From Saccharolobus islandicus REY15A (GTDB taxonomy: Archaea; Thermoproteota; Thermoprotei_A; Sulfolobales; Sulfolobaceae), in assembly GCF_000189555.1 (NCBI RefSeq), contig NC_017276.1: a stretch of DNA of 64,000 nucleotides. One strand, written 5' to 3'. This document shows positions 32,850-42,992 of this stretch, in pieces. The position numbers and the translations under genes are program-made. The notes under the pieces were generated by a model. It was given only the letters and a program-made list of their open reading frames with translations, had not been told where the DNA came from and did no database searches. Within the stretch, counting starts at the first letter, position 1. Every line of letters begins with the position of its first letter.

Positions 32850-33857
32850 TTAGATTTTTGCTCCTAATTTCTGTCTGACTATCTCCTTTAACTCGTCACT
32901 AATCCTAGTAGCTGGAATGGGACTACCATGCCAGAACGCTTCTTTTACATGTCCCCAATAATATAACCATCTGTCTCCATCCTCGTTAGTATCCCATACT
33001 ACTGGCTCCCAATCTGGTACAACATTAAGGTAACCGCCATGCAACAATTCAATTAAGTTACCACCAGGCTCTTTTACATAAAGTGAATTGCTATCTGTTA
33101 TGCCGTGTCTTAAAGGACCTCCTACAATTTCCAATCCGTAATCAGTGTAAAAGTCCGCAGCCCTAAGTATGTCATCTGCATAATCCACATTAAACGTAAC
33201 ATGGTTTAGTCTAGCCGGAACTCCAGAAGGATCTAGACCAATTGCTAAATCGTGTGCTGTACCGTTGACTGCCATCCAATACGCAATTTTCTTATCACCT
33301 TCCTTCAATATTTCATTTACTTTAAATGTGAGCTTCTTCAACAACTCTACGGTCTTAGCAAGAGCTCCATCGTTATAGGCGAAAATAAATATATGAGACA
33401 GATCCTTTGCCTGAACTCCTTTAGTAGGCTTTTTCATAGGCCTAGCTTTATATCCCGATCTAAGTTCACCTGAAGCTCGCCACGTTTTCATTTCCCATAC
33501 AAGTTTACCAATTTGACCACTGGGCAAGATAAATTTATAACCTCTTCCTATTCCCATATCTGGCTCTCCTTCATCCCATCCCAATCCTAATCCATTAGAG
33601 TTTACTATATTTATAGCATCAATTAGATCTTTTTCACTATAGGTTCTCCATACAATCTCCTTTACTCCAGCGGTATCAGATTCAGTAACCTTTAAACTAT
33701 ACGTGTACCAATCTTCCCAACCCCTTAGGTACACGGACTTACCCTTCCTTCCAACTTCATATAATCCCAAAATGTCCTTGAAAAACCATAATGTATCGTC
33801 GATTTTAGGCGTTAGAATTTCTACGTTAGCTAGTTGGGAAAGTAACTTATTTACCAT
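32850..33857 (-). CDS. xylE: Catechol 2,3-dioxygenase (extradiol, VOC fold)
   Basis: LSHIF, AHDLAI, LNHV, RHGIT...YVKEPGGNLIEL iron and catalytic motifs. Confidence 0.9.
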   Translation of the reverse strand: MVNKLLSQLANVEILTPKIDDTLWFFKDILGLYEVGRKGKSVYLRGWEDWYTYSLKVTESDTAGVKEIVWRTYSEKDLIDAINIVNSNGLGLGWDEGEPDMGIGRGYKFILPSGQIGKLVWEMKTWRASGELRSGYKARPMKKPTKGVQAKDLSHIFIFAYNDGALAKTVELLKKLTFKVNEILKEGDKKIAYWMAVNGTAHDLAIGLDPSGVPARLNHVTFNVDYADDILRAADFYTDYGLEIVGGPLRHGITDSNSLYVKEPGGNLIELLHGGYLNVVPDWEPVVWDTNEDGDRWLYYWGHVKEAFWHGSPIPATRISDELKEIVRQKLGAKI

Positions 33858-33909
33858 TTTTAATACTCACCTTATTTTCCTTCTTTTTCTGTCGTATTAA
33901 AAAATCTAC

Positions 33910-33921
33910 TCAAACAAGTTT
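33910..33921. promoter_or_regulatory. ARA-box-like operator 5 between divergent genes (TCAAACAAGTTT)
   Basis: 42 nt before ATG 33962; on the minus strand it precedes TTTTTAAT and a predicted start near the GGTGAG RBS (33872) of the dioxygenase. Confidence 0.7.
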
Positions 33922-33961
33922 TATGTATAGCTTAATTCCGCCTTATATTTAGATAACATTC

Positions 33962-34381
33962 ATGAATGTGCTAAATAAGTTAGGTATATCAGACGAATTA
34001 GCAGATATGTTAATAAGTGAGGCAGTAAAGAAGGCTAAAGAGCTAGGAGTGAAGGTTTCTATAGCAATAGTAGATGAAGGAGGAGAGTTGAAGGCTTTTA
34101 AGAGAATGGACGGTGCACCAATCTTAACCATAGAGATAGCCATAGATAAAGCGTGGACTGCGGTAAGTTTTGGTATACCAACACACGAGTGGTACAACAT
34201 GCTTAAAGACAACCCCCCACTGGCAATGGGATTTCCTAAAATACCTAGGTTAATAATCTTCGGTGGAGGATTTCCTATAGTCTATAAAGGGCAAGTAATA
34301 GGAGGAATAGGAATATCTGGCGGATCTGCGGAACAAGATATGGAAATTGCCAAGAATGCTCTTAAAAAATTGGAATCATAA
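33962..34381 (+). CDS. GlcG/HbpS (heme-binding) family protein
   Basis: AIVDEGG, AIDKAWTA and GGIGISGG...QD motifs. Confidence 0.88.
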   Translation: MNVLNKLGISDELADMLISEAVKKAKELGVKVSIAIVDEGGELKAFKRMDGAPILTIEIAIDKAWTAVSFGIPTHEWYNMLKDNPPLAMGFPKIPRLIIFGGGFPIVYKGQVIGGIGISGGSAEQDMEIAKNALKKLES

Positions 34382-34500
34382 TTTTGTAAAATATTAGATA
34401 AACTATTTGATGTAGATATAAAATGTACAAGGATGGTTTAAACTTCATCTTCTATTTTTTAAATAACGCAAGGATTTTTTAAGTTCAAAATCTCTATACA

Positions 34501-34512
34501 TCAAACTTGTTA
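34501..34512 (+). promoter_or_regulatory. ARA-box-like operator 6 (TCAAACTTGTTA)
   Basis: Core ends 48 nt before ATG 34559; CTTAATAT follows. Confidence 0.65.
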
Positions 34513-34558
34513 GATTAAGCTTAATATTACTTTTTACCGTTTTTGAATCTAGATCAAG

Positions 34559-35773
<1,215 letters not shown>

Positions 35774-35849
35774 GTGTGGGCTGAATCCTTTTTCACGTTA
35801 ATATAGAAATCTTTTTATATTTGAGTATGTTAAAATTTTATTTATTAAG

Positions 35850-36040
35850 GATGATCTCTCATGCCGATGTGGGCTATGCCCAAAAGGGTGAGGGGGATTA
35901 CGGAGATATGAGCCCCGTGCCGTTGGGCTCAAAGGAGTCCCATGATCCACCTACCATAAGTAGGTGGTTGAGGGCTAAGTCCCTACACTCGATCATGAAT
36001 GAATATAAAATGAGTGAAATGAAAGTGTAGGGACAAACGG
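35850..36040 (+). mobile_element. Right-end remnant of an IS607-family element (tnpB tail / omega-RNA region)
   Basis: GC-rich with three stems (35909-35931, 35947-35967, 35979-35989 with 36024-36034), ends AAACGG; peptide resembles Sulfolobus IS607 TnpB tails (recall). Confidence 0.6.
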
Positions 36041-36058
36041 ATAAAGTTACTTCTTTTT

Positions 36059-36070
36059 TCGAACATGTTT
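36059..36070 (+). promoter_or_regulatory. ARA-box-like operator 7 (TCGAACATGTTT)
   Basis: Core ends 40 nt before ATG 36109; TTTTTATATA follows. Confidence 0.75.
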
Positions 36071-36108
36071 AAGAATTATTTTTATATACGAATGATACAC
36101 ACCTACTT

Positions 36109-36915
36109 ATGAAACCAGTTCCTGCAGAACCTAAACTACCATCAAGAGATGAGTATTATGATTTGGCGAACAAGCTAGAGTGGGCACCGAAATACGTAAA
36201 AGAAGAAGAACTATTTCCAGTAGATATGAGTGGAATACCGAATTTACCGATAGACGTATGGGCCGAGTTATATGATGCCCCCTATAAGGTGACATATAGG
36301 GAGTATGTAAAGAATCAAAAGGAGAAAGATCAAAGACTTTTCTCGGTAAGAGAGGCTGGAGTAAGAGCAGAGTTAGTAAAGAAATTGGATAAGACATATC
36401 ATCAAGGCTCCTTCTGTTTCCATATAACTGCGGTTCCTATACCAGAATATACTGCGTCTATAGCAGAAGCAAGGATGGCGAGGTTTGGGAAAGCCGGTGA
36501 ATGGAGAAACTTATCCACATTCGGTTCTATGGATGAGGTAAGACACGCACAAGTGCAAATCTTATTATCTCATGATAGTATACAAGCTAGTCCTAAGTTC
36601 GCCTATGCACATAAGATGTTCTGGGTTGACGGCTGGTTACCAATAGCAGCTAGATCGTTCTTTGACGATACTATTACTGGGACTAATGCAATAGAATTCG
36701 CCTTAATGACTACCTTTGCATTTGAGACTGGATTTACCAATTTACAATTTGTAGCATATGCCGCAATGGCAAATAAGACTAATGATTTCGTGTTTTCCTC
36801 AACAACTCAGAGTATACAGACTGATGAATCTAGGCACGCACAAATAGGGCACCCAGTTCTAAAGACCTTTGTTGACGTGACAAAGTTGAATGAAGAGATG
36901 AAAAAGAAAATTTAA
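36109..36915 (+). CDS. tmoA: Aromatic monooxygenase alpha subunit, N-terminal half (diiron four-helix bundle)
   Basis: All six ligands present: PEY, DEVRH, FETG, DESRH. Confidence 0.9.
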   Translation: MKPVPAEPKLPSRDEYYDLANKLEWAPKYVKEEELFPVDMSGIPNLPIDVWAELYDAPYKVTYREYVKNQKEKDQRLFSVREAGVRAELVKKLDKTYHQGSFCFHITAVPIPEYTASIAEARMARFGKAGEWRNLSTFGSMDEVRHAQVQILLSHDSIQASPKFAYAHKMFWVDGWLPIAARSFFDDTITGTNAIEFALMTTFAFETGFTNLQFVAYAAMANKTNDFVFSSTTQSIQTDESRHAQIGHPVLKTFVDVTKLNEEMKKKI

Positions 36916-36940
36916 TTTATTTTTTAATTTTTTTCCTTTG
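36913..36940 (+). terminator. T-rich archaeal terminator-like tract after tmoA-N
   Basis: TAATTTATTTTTTAATTTTTTCCTTT directly after the stop. Confidence 0.5.
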
Positions 36941-37089
36941 TACCTTACTCTTTTTAAAGACACCTCATATGAGTAGGATTTAAAAACTATAAACTGTAAA
37001 CATTAGTAATTCCACAAAGTTCTTATTCGTTTGGATATCATAAAATAAGAAGTAATAATACAAAAACTTACTGGGAGTACTAATGTTTA

Positions 37090-37101
37090 TCAAACTTGTT
37101 A
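37090..37101 (+). promoter_or_regulatory. ARA-box-like operator 8 (TCAAACTTGTTA)
   Basis: Core ends 37/40 nt before ATG 37137/37140; CTTAAAAA follows. Confidence 0.75.
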
Positions 37102-37136
37102 GAACAATTCTTAAAAAGTATAAAAAAGACTAACTG

Positions 37137-38072
37137 ATGATGAGTAGAGAGGGAGGTTTAGGTCAAACTAAGGGAGAGGTCAAGCAAGCCTTATCTAATG
37201 TCTCAGAAGGACTAATGAAAAATTATAGAAACACTGTTGAATTTGCTGTTAGAATGAGAGAAAAAGGTCCAGCATATAAAGAGGCAGGAGAATATTTAAT
37301 AGCGAAAGGATTCTGGCTATCCCTTAGGCTAATAGGAGCATTAACTGGAGTTTCTATGGATTACCTCACTCCACTAGACGCTAGAATAATGTCGTACAAG
37401 GAGTTTATAACAGAATGGGTAGGTGCCCAATTTAAGAGATTACTAGAAGATTATGGGATAAGATTACCTTGGTACTGGCAGTGGTTTGAATTAGAGTTAG
37501 ATCATTGGCATCATAACTTTATTATAGGATTATATACGTGGAGAAGGACTCTAAATGTCGCATTTAGAGGTCCAACGCCTGATGAGAGAAAATGGTTAAA
37601 CGAGAAATACCCACACTGGGAGAAGTTTTTCGGAAGAGTTTGGGACTTATACATAAAGAAGATAATTGATGGACAAATACCATTACCATTAACTGCAGTA
37701 CATTTATGTACAGTTTGTCAGGTACCAATACAAGCACCTGTAAACGGAAAGTACTTAAGAATCTACTTAAAAGAGTACAAGGGAAAGATATATACGTTTG
37801 ATAGTCCAGCATGCTTATGGATTTTTGAACAAGAACCAGATAGATATGCTGGAAGAAGGACTTACACGCAAAGAGTACTTGAGGGGATGATACAGTTTAC
37901 TGAAGAGGCATACAAGGATCCTAAGAGACTACTTGAAGAGGTAATATGGAATATGGGACAAACGGAAGAAGGGGAGGCTGGTCTAGACCCTACTGATGGT
38001 GCTTATGCCCTATTATATAAAGAGAAAGATCCAGATTTCTATAATAGGATAAAGAAATATACGGAGGGGTAA
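37137..38072 (+). CDS. tmoA: Aromatic monooxygenase alpha subunit, C-terminal half, with novel ~45-aa N-terminus
   Basis: TGVSMDYLTPL..SYKEFITEW, PWYW, EKYPHW, and YHS-like CTVCQVP...FDSPAC. Confidence 0.88.
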   Translation: MMSREGGLGQTKGEVKQALSNVSEGLMKNYRNTVEFAVRMREKGPAYKEAGEYLIAKGFWLSLRLIGALTGVSMDYLTPLDARIMSYKEFITEWVGAQFKRLLEDYGIRLPWYWQWFELELDHWHHNFIIGLYTWRRTLNVAFRGPTPDERKWLNEKYPHWEKFFGRVWDLYIKKIIDGQIPLPLTAVHLCTVCQVPIQAPVNGKYLRIYLKEYKGKIYTFDSPACLWIFEQEPDRYAGRRTYTQRVLEGMIQFTEEAYKDPKRLLEEVIWNMGQTEEGEAGLDPTDGAYALLYKEKDPDFYNRIKKYTEG

Positions 38073-38077
38073 AGAAA

Positions 38078-38512
38078 ATGAGTATGGAAGCAGTGCCAAT
38101 AATATTCGTCCCAGAAGAAGGCACAGTGTGGTTACCCGCTGTACTTCCAACAAACATTACGGTAAAAGAGGCTATTGAAATGTTGAAGAGTCTAACAGTA
38201 AACGTGTTAGTATGGGAAAAGAAGGATAAGGACTTAAGATTAGTTAACTACTTTACTGGTCAAGTCTTAGATCTTAATGCCAAAGTTAGAGACGTAATAA
38301 AGCCATATGACGTTTTCTGGTTAGTCTGGTGGCCTCCTAAGGAAGAGTTCTGGAAGCCAGAGAATCAGAACGATGATATATTCAAGATTATAAAGGAGAC
38401 TGAAGAGGCTATAAAGTTAGCCCCAAGATCTCCTTCAGTACTATTTGCAGATGAGATTGAAAAATATAGTATCGTTAGAAGATTGGAAAGGGAGGGTAAA
38501 TTAAGGGCGTGA
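38078..38512 (+). CDS. tmoB: Monooxygenase gamma subunit (TmoB-like) with C-terminal extension
   Basis: Position after the alpha subunit; beta-grasp-like pattern. Confidence 0.6.
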   Translation: MSMEAVPIIFVPEEGTVWLPAVLPTNITVKEAIEMLKSLTVNVLVWEKKDKDLRLVNYFTGQVLDLNAKVRDVIKPYDVFWLVWWPPKEEFWKPENQNDDIFKIIKETEEAIKLAPRSPSVLFADEIEKYSIVRRLEREGKLRA

Positions 38513-38516
38513 GACT

Positions 38517-38921
38517 ATGAGTTATCCTGGAGAATTCCATAAAGTGCTAACACTAGACGATATTTATGAAGGTGAGGCTAAGTTAGTAGAGGTCAATAGA
38601 TACGAAATTCTAGTAGTCAATATGAATGGAGAAATAAAGGCGTATTATGCAAGGTGTGCCCACGCATTAGGTTTAATAGAGCCAAATTCTTTTGACGGTG
38701 AGGAGAAAATCATATGCCCAGTACATTTATGGGAGTATAATGCAAGGACAGGAGAGAGCATAAATCCTGAGGGAAGTTCCCTCTTTCCATTGGATGTGAA
38801 GGTTGAAGGTAATGACATTTTTGTTAAAGTTCCGTCTGTTCCCGTTTCCGAGTTCAAGGTTAAATGGTTTGGTATGTATAGGCAAAGAGGTGTGATAAAT
38901 GAGTTTGGAGTTAACTCTTGA
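38517..38921 (+). CDS. tmoC: Rieske ferredoxin
   Basis: CAH...CPVHLWEY. Confidence 0.9.
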   Translation: MSYPGEFHKVLTLDDIYEGEAKLVEVNRYEILVVNMNGEIKAYYARCAHALGLIEPNSFDGEEKIICPVHLWEYNARTGESINPEGSSLFPLDVKVEGNDIFVKVPSVPVSEFKVKWFGMYRQRGVINEFGVNS

Positions 38922-39246
38922 ATCAATTTTAGATAAATATCAAATAACAGATTTAAGTAAATTATCACAAAATATTGTAGGTCCAGTACTTACGAAAGAT
39001 GAGTTCAGCTACGGTGTAGTTGAAGCTATAGCGGGTGATAATCCAAATACTTTCAAAGGAGTTATCGACAGAGGCTCATACATAAGAATAGTGGGTGAAA
39101 GGGAACTTGTTTTAAACAAAAGTACGTTAGAGGAAGTGCTGGGTAGAGAAGTTAGATTTCCAGGAGAGGTTGAGGTAAGGATGAGTGCATTTGCAGGAAA
39201 GATCATTGTAAGAGGGGATTATCTAAAATGGTATTTGGAGTTATGA
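38899..39246 (+). CDS. tmoD: Monooxygenase effector protein
   Basis: VGPVL...DRGSYIRI...FPGEVEVRMSAFAGKI (MmoB/DmpM family). Confidence 0.88.
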   Translation: MSLELTLESILDKYQITDLSKLSQNIVGPVLTKDEFSYGVVEAIAGDNPNTFKGVIDRGSYIRIVGERELVLNKSTLEEVLGREVRFPGEVEVRMSAFAGKIIVRGDYLKWYLEL

Positions 39247-39247
39247 G

Positions 39248-40390
39248 GTGAAAAAGGTTATGACTAGATTAGAGGATTTGGAATGGTATAGAAGGTATAA
39301 ACAAATGTTCGGAGCGTTCAAAAGTGGAGTAGAAGGTGATCGGTTTTTCAGAGATTATGAATATAGGGGGTACAAAAGAGTCTGGTCAACTTGGCCGATG
39401 CTAGAGAAGAAACTAGGAAGGAAAAAGCCATCGGAATATCAAATAGTCACCTATGCATTGTCATACTGGGCGGATCCAAGATCCCCTACTTACATCTATG
39501 ATAAGGGACCATTTGAACTAGGGACAGAGCATATAACTCAAAAATGGTATAAACACTTTAGAGACAACTCACCATTCATTAAGCCATTATTCGAAAGAGG
39601 AGAATGGCATGACTATGAAGATCCATACAAACTTACATATTGGACCTACAACTCCATGGCAGATGATAATGAAACCTTTTTAGATAAGATATATGAGGAA
39701 ATTGTAAATACTAAATACGATTGGAACCTAAGTGAGGAGGTACTGGAGTTATACAAGAACGTTTACGATCCATTAAGGTATGTATTCCACATCATGCAAA
39801 TGGAGTCAATGTATCTAGCTAGTATGGCTCCTACAAGTTCTATAACTAACGTATTCATATTTATGGGAATGGACCACATGAGAAGAGTCCAAAGAATTGC
39901 ACAAAGAGTAAAGATGCTAGATATTATATATCCAAGCTTAGGATTTGGAAAGGAAGCGAGAAAGATATTTGAGGAGAGTCCACTATTTCAACCAACAAGA
40001 GAAGTATTGGAGAAAATGTTAGCTACATATGATGTAGGAGAAAGCTTAGTAGCGTTTAACTTAGCGGTCAAATTCGTATTAGATGAGCTAATACTCCAAC
40101 ATCTAACGCAACAATTCAGTAAAATGGGGGATGAGATGATTAGGCACATTCACATGTCGTTCTATAACGATACATTAAGGCATAGACACCAAGCTCAAGA
40201 ACTGTTCAAATACGCTTTTAGTAAGGAACCAAGCTTAAAAGACGTTATCAAACCTTGGCTAAAGGATTGGCAAGAGATGGCATTTAAGGCTACAGAAGGG
40301 TTTAGGGATGTGCTCAAAGGAGAATATGATAATACTATAAAGCAGATCAAGAAGGCTCATAGTGAATATCTTGGAGGAATAGGTTTATGA
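39248..40390 (+). CDS. tmoE: Monooxygenase beta subunit
   Basis: KPSEYQIVT, YEDP..LTYWTY, RRVQRIA and DTLRHR motifs. Confidence 0.85.
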   Translation: MKKVMTRLEDLEWYRRYKQMFGAFKSGVEGDRFFRDYEYRGYKRVWSTWPMLEKKLGRKKPSEYQIVTYALSYWADPRSPTYIYDKGPFELGTEHITQKWYKHFRDNSPFIKPLFERGEWHDYEDPYKLTYWTYNSMADDNETFLDKIYEEIVNTKYDWNLSEEVLELYKNVYDPLRYVFHIMQMESMYLASMAPTSSITNVFIFMGMDHMRRVQRIAQRVKMLDIIYPSLGFGKEARKIFEESPLFQPTREVLEKMLATYDVGESLVAFNLAVKFVLDELILQHLTQQFSKMGDEMIRHIHMSFYNDTLRHRHQAQELFKYAFSKEPSLKDVIKPWLKDWQEMAFKATEGFRDVLKGEYDNTIKQIKKAHSEYLGGIGL

Positions 40391-40872
40391 AAGATAAGAT
40401 TAAAGATAAGATTGTGGAAATTTTAAGGCAAATTTACGATCCAGAGATTCCAATAAATATATATGACTTAGGACTAGTAAGAGAGATAAAAGTTGAAGAC
40501 AATAGGGTTTTTGTTAGATTAATTTTCACTGCTAATAAGGGGTGTACCTTAGCAGATCTTATGGCAGTTCAAGTTAAGTATAAACTAATGAAGGCGTTTC
40601 CAGACTATAACGTGGAAGTCAAGAGTGATTTTAACGAAGAATGGAATATAGGCTATGCAACAGAAACGGGTAGGCTGATGTTAGAGGAAATATATGGAAA
40701 AGAAGCAGTGGATGCGTTAGCTAATAAGACTAAAATAGAGGAAATAGTATCGATAAATAAGGTCAGGTTAGAGGATTTCGATCCACGGGAATACATGAAA
40801 AAAGCAGTGGATGAGAGATATAAGAGATTTAAGGAATGGTACGATAAACACAATATATTGATTTCTCATTGA
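40387..40872 (+). CDS. DUF59/MIP18 metal-cluster assembly protein
   Basis: LRQIYDPEIPINIYDLGLV...TANKGC. Confidence 0.88.
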   Translation: MKDKIKDKIVEILRQIYDPEIPINIYDLGLVREIKVEDNRVFVRLIFTANKGCTLADLMAVQVKYKLMKAFPDYNVEVKSDFNEEWNIGYATETGRLMLEEIYGKEAVDALANKTKIEEIVSINKVRLEDFDPREYMKKAVDERYKRFKEWYDKHNILISH

Positions 40873-40961
40873 TAATAACGTTCCTTTTCATCTAAAATAT
40901 TTATAAAACGTGGTCTTCAAGTGTCAAAACACTTTTTATGCGTGTGAAATCATTAATATTC

Positions 40962-42611
40962 ATGAATGGTTCAAAACTTCTCTTGACTCTGTTAAAGGAT
41001 TATGACGTTAAACACATATTTGGTTTACCGGGCGAATCCTCAATATCATTATATGATCAACTTAAAGAAGGCGAAGTACTACACATAATCACTAGAGATG
41101 AGAGAAACGCAGTTTACATGGCTGACACATACGCAAAGCTAACTTATAAACCTGGAGTTGCTGAAGGCCCAAGTGTTGGTTCAATATATATGCTCCCTGG
41201 AGTTGCTGAAGCGTATAAGTCATCTACACCGTTAATAGTAATAACTACTGATACACCATTATACGGAGAGAAGGAGAATTATTTGACCGCATTAGATCAA
41301 GCTTCCCTATTTAGACCGATAACTAAGGAAACTATAACAGTGTATAATGTTGAGGAATTACCTCATGCTATAAGGAGAGCATTCAGATTAAGTACTAGTG
41401 GAAAACCTGGACCAGTTCACATTAGAATACCCCTAGATGTTTTAGAAGATGAATTGAAAGGCAACGTTGAACTTAAAGCCCAAAAGGAGTTCTCGAAATA
41501 TCCATCTCAAAGACCTTTAGCGGATCGTGAAATGATAAGGAAAGCCGTAGATTTAATTTTGAAGAGTGAATTTCCAGTAATAATTTGCGGTCAAGGAGCA
41601 CTTTACTCAATGGCGTGGGATGAGGTAACTGAATTAGCTGAGTTATTAGGAATTCTTGTGGGGACTACAATAACTGGTAAGGGTTGTATTCCAGAAACCC
41701 ATCCCTTGTCAATAGGTGTGGTTGGCGGTAGGGGCGGTGCAAATTTTTCGAACAGTATTGTAGATAAATCAGACCTTGTAATTCTCATAGGGAGTAATAC
41801 GGATTCAGCAAATACTTATAACTGGACTATACCATCCAGAGGCAAAACCGTAATTCATATTGACATTAGCGAGACTGAGACTGGGAATAATTACGATAGT
41901 ATAAACCTCATAGGGGATGCTAAAGTAACATTGAGGGAGTTGATTAAGGAAATTAAAGGTAGTGGAAAAATTGATAAAAAGAACATTATTTTAGATAGAA
42001 GTGCATTCGAAGATAGGCTTAGTAAGGAGAGGAGAGAAGCAGTAAACCCGTTACGTTTCATAAAGGAACTTTGGAGTCTATCACCTGAAGAGGCTGTATT
42101 AATAGCTGATCCCGGAGTTAGCGCAATCTACACTGCTGCTTTCTATAAGGCCAAAAAAGTTGGTAGGTATTTCATTTTTAACTATGGTCTAGGTGGTCTT
42201 GGCTATTCAATTCCAGCATCTGTAGGTGCTTATTTTGCAAGGCCTAACTCTTTGATTTTCTCTCTTTCTGGAGATGGGAGTTTCGGTTTCTCAGCTGGTG
42301 AACTAGAGACCATAAGGAGAGTCAATGCTAATGTGGTTATTATAATCTTTAATAATGGAAGTTACGGTTGGATAAGGGCTGAAATGAAAGCTAGGGGTAA
42401 GGACATTGTTGGAACTGATTTTTCAAGTCCAGATTACGTTAAGATCGCTGAAGGGTATGGACTATCCGCGTATGGGATAACCAATGATGAAGAGATATCT
42501 GATACGTTAAAGAGGGCTATAAAGAATACTCCTTCTTTAGTTGAGGTTATTGTTGAGCCAGAGGATAAGTTCGTCCCTCCGGTTATGCCTTGGAGTAAGA
42601 GATTTCTTTAA
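40962..42611 (+). CDS. Thiamine-diphosphate enzyme (acetolactate-synthase-like fold)
   Basis: FGLPGE, TRDE, GPVH and GDGSFG...FNNGSYG motifs. Confidence 0.88.
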   Translation: MNGSKLLLTLLKDYDVKHIFGLPGESSISLYDQLKEGEVLHIITRDERNAVYMADTYAKLTYKPGVAEGPSVGSIYMLPGVAEAYKSSTPLIVITTDTPLYGEKENYLTALDQASLFRPITKETITVYNVEELPHAIRRAFRLSTSGKPGPVHIRIPLDVLEDELKGNVELKAQKEFSKYPSQRPLADREMIRKAVDLILKSEFPVIICGQGALYSMAWDEVTELAELLGILVGTTITGKGCIPETHPLSIGVVGGRGGANFSNSIVDKSDLVILIGSNTDSANTYNWTIPSRGKTVIHIDISETETGNNYDSINLIGDAKVTLRELIKEIKGSGKIDKKNIILDRSAFEDRLSKERREAVNPLRFIKELWSLSPEEAVLIADPGVSAIYTAAFYKAKKVGRYFIFNYGLGGLGYSIPASVGAYFARPNSLIFSLSGDGSFGFSAGELETIRRVNANVVIIIFNNGSYGWIRAEMKARGKDIVGTDFSSPDYVKIAEGYGLSAYGITNDEEISDTLKRAIKNTPSLVEVIVEPEDKFVPPVMPWSKRFL

Positions 42612-42992
42612 ATTAAATAAAACAAACACTATGGCATGGCATTGCTGTATAATACTGTGACGACACTATATGCTTCACCATTTTTATCAGACGATCTAAT
42701 AAATTATACTCTAATTGAAAAAGGTATTTTCACGGTATAGAGGATTTAGGAAATGCAATTATTGTCCAAGAGATGAGTGAATTCCCATTAATGATGTATG
42801 GGGACGGAAAGTTGACAAGAATGGGAATAAAATTACCTAGACCCACTTTTGGAACTAATGCTATAGCTAAAGTAGATGATGAAAATATAGTATATTCAAC
42901 TACATCGTTTTATGAAATAAATATAAAGAATCTAAATTTTAGAAAAATAGTAGATATACCAGTGACACGCAGAGTTAAGGTATTATAATTCT

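Noticed and set aside
35821-36030. 69-aa ORF as a real gene
   Set aside because: Better explained as a TnpB C-terminal tail remnant overlapping a structured right end.
36916-37136. tmoA break as a simple frameshift, sequencing error or IS insertion
   Set aside because: The 221-bp spacer has no TIR, TSD or transposase traces, and contains a terminator-like tract plus a correctly spaced operator and TATA.
42630-42988. Short ORF after the ThDP enzyme
   Set aside because: Looks like a fragment of a decayed gene with upstream stops; no family could be supported.
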